Positions 36,621 to 37,656 of a stretch of 37,656 bases of DNA are shown piece by piece. This stretch comes from an uncultured Rhizobium sp. (GTDB lineage: Bacteria; Pseudomonadota; Alphaproteobacteria; SHVZ01): positions 1 to 37,656 of the forward strand of contig CAZZLX010000003.1 of the NCBI GenBank assembly GCA_964655235.1. Direction: 5' to 3'. Numbering within the stretch: the first letter of the stretch is position 1; the number at the start of each line of letters is the position of its first letter. Made by a program: the position numbers and the translations under genes. The notes under the pieces are model-generated. The model saw only the letters and a list, made by a program, of their open reading frames with translations. It was not told the origin of the DNA and ran no database searches.

Positions 36621-36926
36621 ATGCTGACCCGTGAAGATTGCCTCGCCTTGAGCGGCGTCGAGGAGGACATCATCGACGCGATCGCCGAACACGAGCACAT
36701 TCCGGAAATGGTCGCGGCCGAGCTCGGCTGCTATCTGTGCCGCTCACCGGCCGGAGAGCTGCGGATCCGTCGCATCGTGCTCGACGACATCGAGGCTGCC
36801 CGGGCCGCGGGAAACGAGGAGAAGGTGCTGCACCTGAAGCTGGCTCTGGCCGCCTTCATCCGGAATCATCCGGTCTGCCTTACCGTCGCTTCGGCACCGC
36901 CGTCCGCGGGCGCGGTCGGCGTTTGA
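36621..36926 (+). CDS. Conserved-looking hypothetical protein
   Basis: GAGGGAG RBS. MLTREDCLALSG..IDAIAEHEHIPEMVAAELG. Confidence 0.8.
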   Translation: MLTREDCLALSGVEEDIIDAIAEHEHIPEMVAAELGCYLCRSPAGELRIRRIVLDDIEAARAAGNEEKVLHLKLALAAFIRNHPVCLTVASAPPSAGAVGV

Positions 36927-36952
36927 AGGGCTCTGGGCGGTGAGGCGCGCGG

Positions 36953-37414
36953 CTATCGCGCGGTGATGGCGACGAGCAGGCGATCCTCGAAGGAGCCGGC
37001 TGCCGGGCTCTGATCGTCCGCGAACTCGAGCTCCAGAAGCTGCGAGGCGCCGCTCTCGACGCCGCCATCCATGGAAAGCTGCGCCTCACCGTTCTCGAAG
37101 CGGACCTCGCGTCCGCCGAGCGTCAGGCGATAGGGAAGGCTGCGGGTACCGGCCTCGTCGACGAAGGCGGGCGAGCTTGAGCGCCCGCTCCTCTTCATAG
37201 GTGAAGACCTGCACGATGGGGAACCGGGCGCGCAGAAGGTCGGCGATCTCGTTGGCGAACGCCGTCTTGAAGGTGGCGGCCGGATATCCGGCTGCTGCGA
37301 CTTTTGCCAGGGATACGGGGCACATGATCCGGCCGTCCGCTAACAGACGACCGTTGTCGGGCACCCGGCGTGCCGCGGGCGTCTCCGTCCGCGCTCGCCC
37401 ACGATCTTCTGCAT
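36953..37414 (-). pseudogene. Mosaic of gene fragments (AAA-ATPase N-terminus-like piece plus pilin-like C-terminal piece)
   Basis: Three short overlapping frames: EIADLLRARFPIVQVFTYEEERAL in one, LPYRLTLGG..AGSFEDRLLVAI in another, and GGGAGG-N6-ATG at 37414 in the third. Confidence 0.4.
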
Positions 37415-37487
37415 CGCCGCCCTCCCAAACCCGCGCCCGCCGACCGACGGGCCCGGCTGACCATGGACGGCAGGGCAGTGACGGTCC

Positions 37488-37501
37488 TTGATGTAGGTCA
37501 A
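37488..37501. promoter_or_regulatory. FixK/Fnr box
   Basis: TTGAT-GTAG-GTCAA, identical to the box at 31806. Confidence 0.8.
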
Positions 37502-37550
37502 CGTGCGGCTGCGTCTTCCAGACGAGAAAGGCCCGGCAGGAGGAAAGGCC

Positions 37551-37656
37551 ATCCAGCCCCTAGCCGCATTCTTCCGTCGCTGGTTCGACGTCCTGGTCCT
37601 CGACCTTGGACGACAGTTCCGCGTCTCGTACCTGCCGCCCCTGATGGTTTACCTGG
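37551..37656 (+). CDS. N-terminus of a probable membrane protein (BT1/MFS-like), running off the window
   Basis: AGGAGG at 37538-37543, then the open frame IQPLAAFFRRWFDVLVLDLGRQFRVSYLPPLMVYL. The start codon is unclear. Confidence 0.5.
   Translation, partial: MQPLAAFFRRWFDVLVLDLGRQFRVSYLPPLMVYL

Noticed and set aside
22007-37501. FixK island as a mobile element
   Set aside because: No integrase, transposase, tRNA, att repeats or evident compositional shift is visible in the window.
1-37656. Many long antisense or alternate-frame ORFs (e.g. 13876-16341 +, 18538-20610 +, 16562-18451 +, 5915-7489 -, 32457-33977 -)
   Set aside because: They are shadows of real genes in high-GC DNA, with Arg/Gly/Pro-rich translations and no motifs. 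Only 18928-19047 of the 18538 ORF looks coding.

Overview
A GC-rich alphaproteobacterial window (Rhodospirillales-like by gene content; inferred) with four blocks. (1) 1-1.2 kb: the end of a coxL/coxM-type molybdoflavoenzyme operon and its terminator. (2) 1.3-8.8 kb: a general-stress-type block containing a DUF2934 protein, a Crp/Fnr regulator, a PAS-HWE kinase that lacks its phosphoacceptor His, a FATGUY-type receiver, opgG/D-opgH and a stress SDR, with sigma-EcfG-like promoters. (3) 8.8-21.8 kb: a mixed block with two chemoreceptors, an SDR, an ABM-family protein, a NylB-like hydrolase, an (R)-amine-transaminase-like enzyme, a TPR-glycosyltransferase, DUF938, and an unknown 566-aa protein with an inverted, frameshifted partial paralogue. 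(4) 22-37.6 kb: a low-oxygen island built on fixL-fixJ-receiver-fixK, where I found ten FixK boxes and two FixJ-type boxes. The predicted targets are two USPs, Pat acetyltransferase, an L,D-transpeptidase, an OprI/Lpp-like alanine-zipper lipoprotein, a nitroreductase, a Host_attach/baeRF protein, a beta-CASP nuclease, a CBS-BON protein, PfkB and hypotheticals. The best candidates for undescribed systems are the FixK-controlled lipoprotein plus L,D-transpeptidase envelope tether, and the baeRF / beta-CASP pair divergently arranged around one FixK box. All family calls are by eye from motifs; no searches were run. I saw no rRNA, tRNA, CRISPR array or transposase.
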